Shown piece by piece: positions 63,944 through 64,000 of a DNA stretch of 64,000 nt (position 1 is the first letter of the stretch; each line of letters begins with the position of its first letter). The notes below the pieces were generated by a model. It searched no databases and had not been told where the DNA came from. It was given only the letters and a program-made list of their open reading frames with translations. Origin of the DNA: Nemertoderma westbladi (taxonomy: Eukaryota > Animalia > Xenacoelomorpha); contig JAUCBJ010007674.1 in NCBI GenBank assembly GCA_032718475.1, positions 1 to 64,000 on the forward strand, read 5' to 3'. A program made the translations under genes and the position numbers.

Positions 63944-64000
63944 CTTAGAGGAATTCCGTCCTTGCACCAGGTAATCTGGGGTTTGGGGTAACCGTGTACC
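63944..64000 (-). CDS. Exon truncated by the window edge, N-terminal part of the I-set Ig domain: VHGYPKPQITWCKDGIPL(R)
   Basis: G-x-P-x-P-x-I-T-W-x-K-D-G I-set signature. Donor CTAAG|gtaaga at 63944/63943, phase 2, joins exon 63745 in frame. Confidence 0.88.

Overview
Eukaryotic (probably invertebrate animal) genomic DNA, not prokaryotic. A spliced gene on the minus strand crosses the window. Five phase-compatible GT-AG exons (64000-63944, 63745-63549, 60115-59955, 4701-4476, 4013-3848) encode an I-set immunoglobulin domain followed by an IQ calmodulin-binding motif, suggestive of the titin/obscurin class. One intron (4702-59954, about 55 kb) is almost entirely a 43/42-bp satellite of roughly 1,150 monomers. 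An intact 5.1-kb CR1-clade LINE interrupts it (7-bp TSD, PHD-type ORF1, APE-RT ORF2, and a G GGA AAC slippery heptamer at the ORF1/ORF2 junction). The last intron opens with about 74 copies of a 46-bp unit that reiterates the 5' splice donor. Other intronic elements are an RTE LINE 3' fragment, a non-autonomous Mutator/Rehavkus-like TIR element with a 9-bp TSD and a decayed CRE-clade retrotransposon. Most notable: the satellite-inflated intron, hundreds of 11-nt let-7-complementary sites on the transcribed strand of the satellite, the amplified splice donor, and the putative -1 frameshift in the LINE. All calls were made by eye without database searches.
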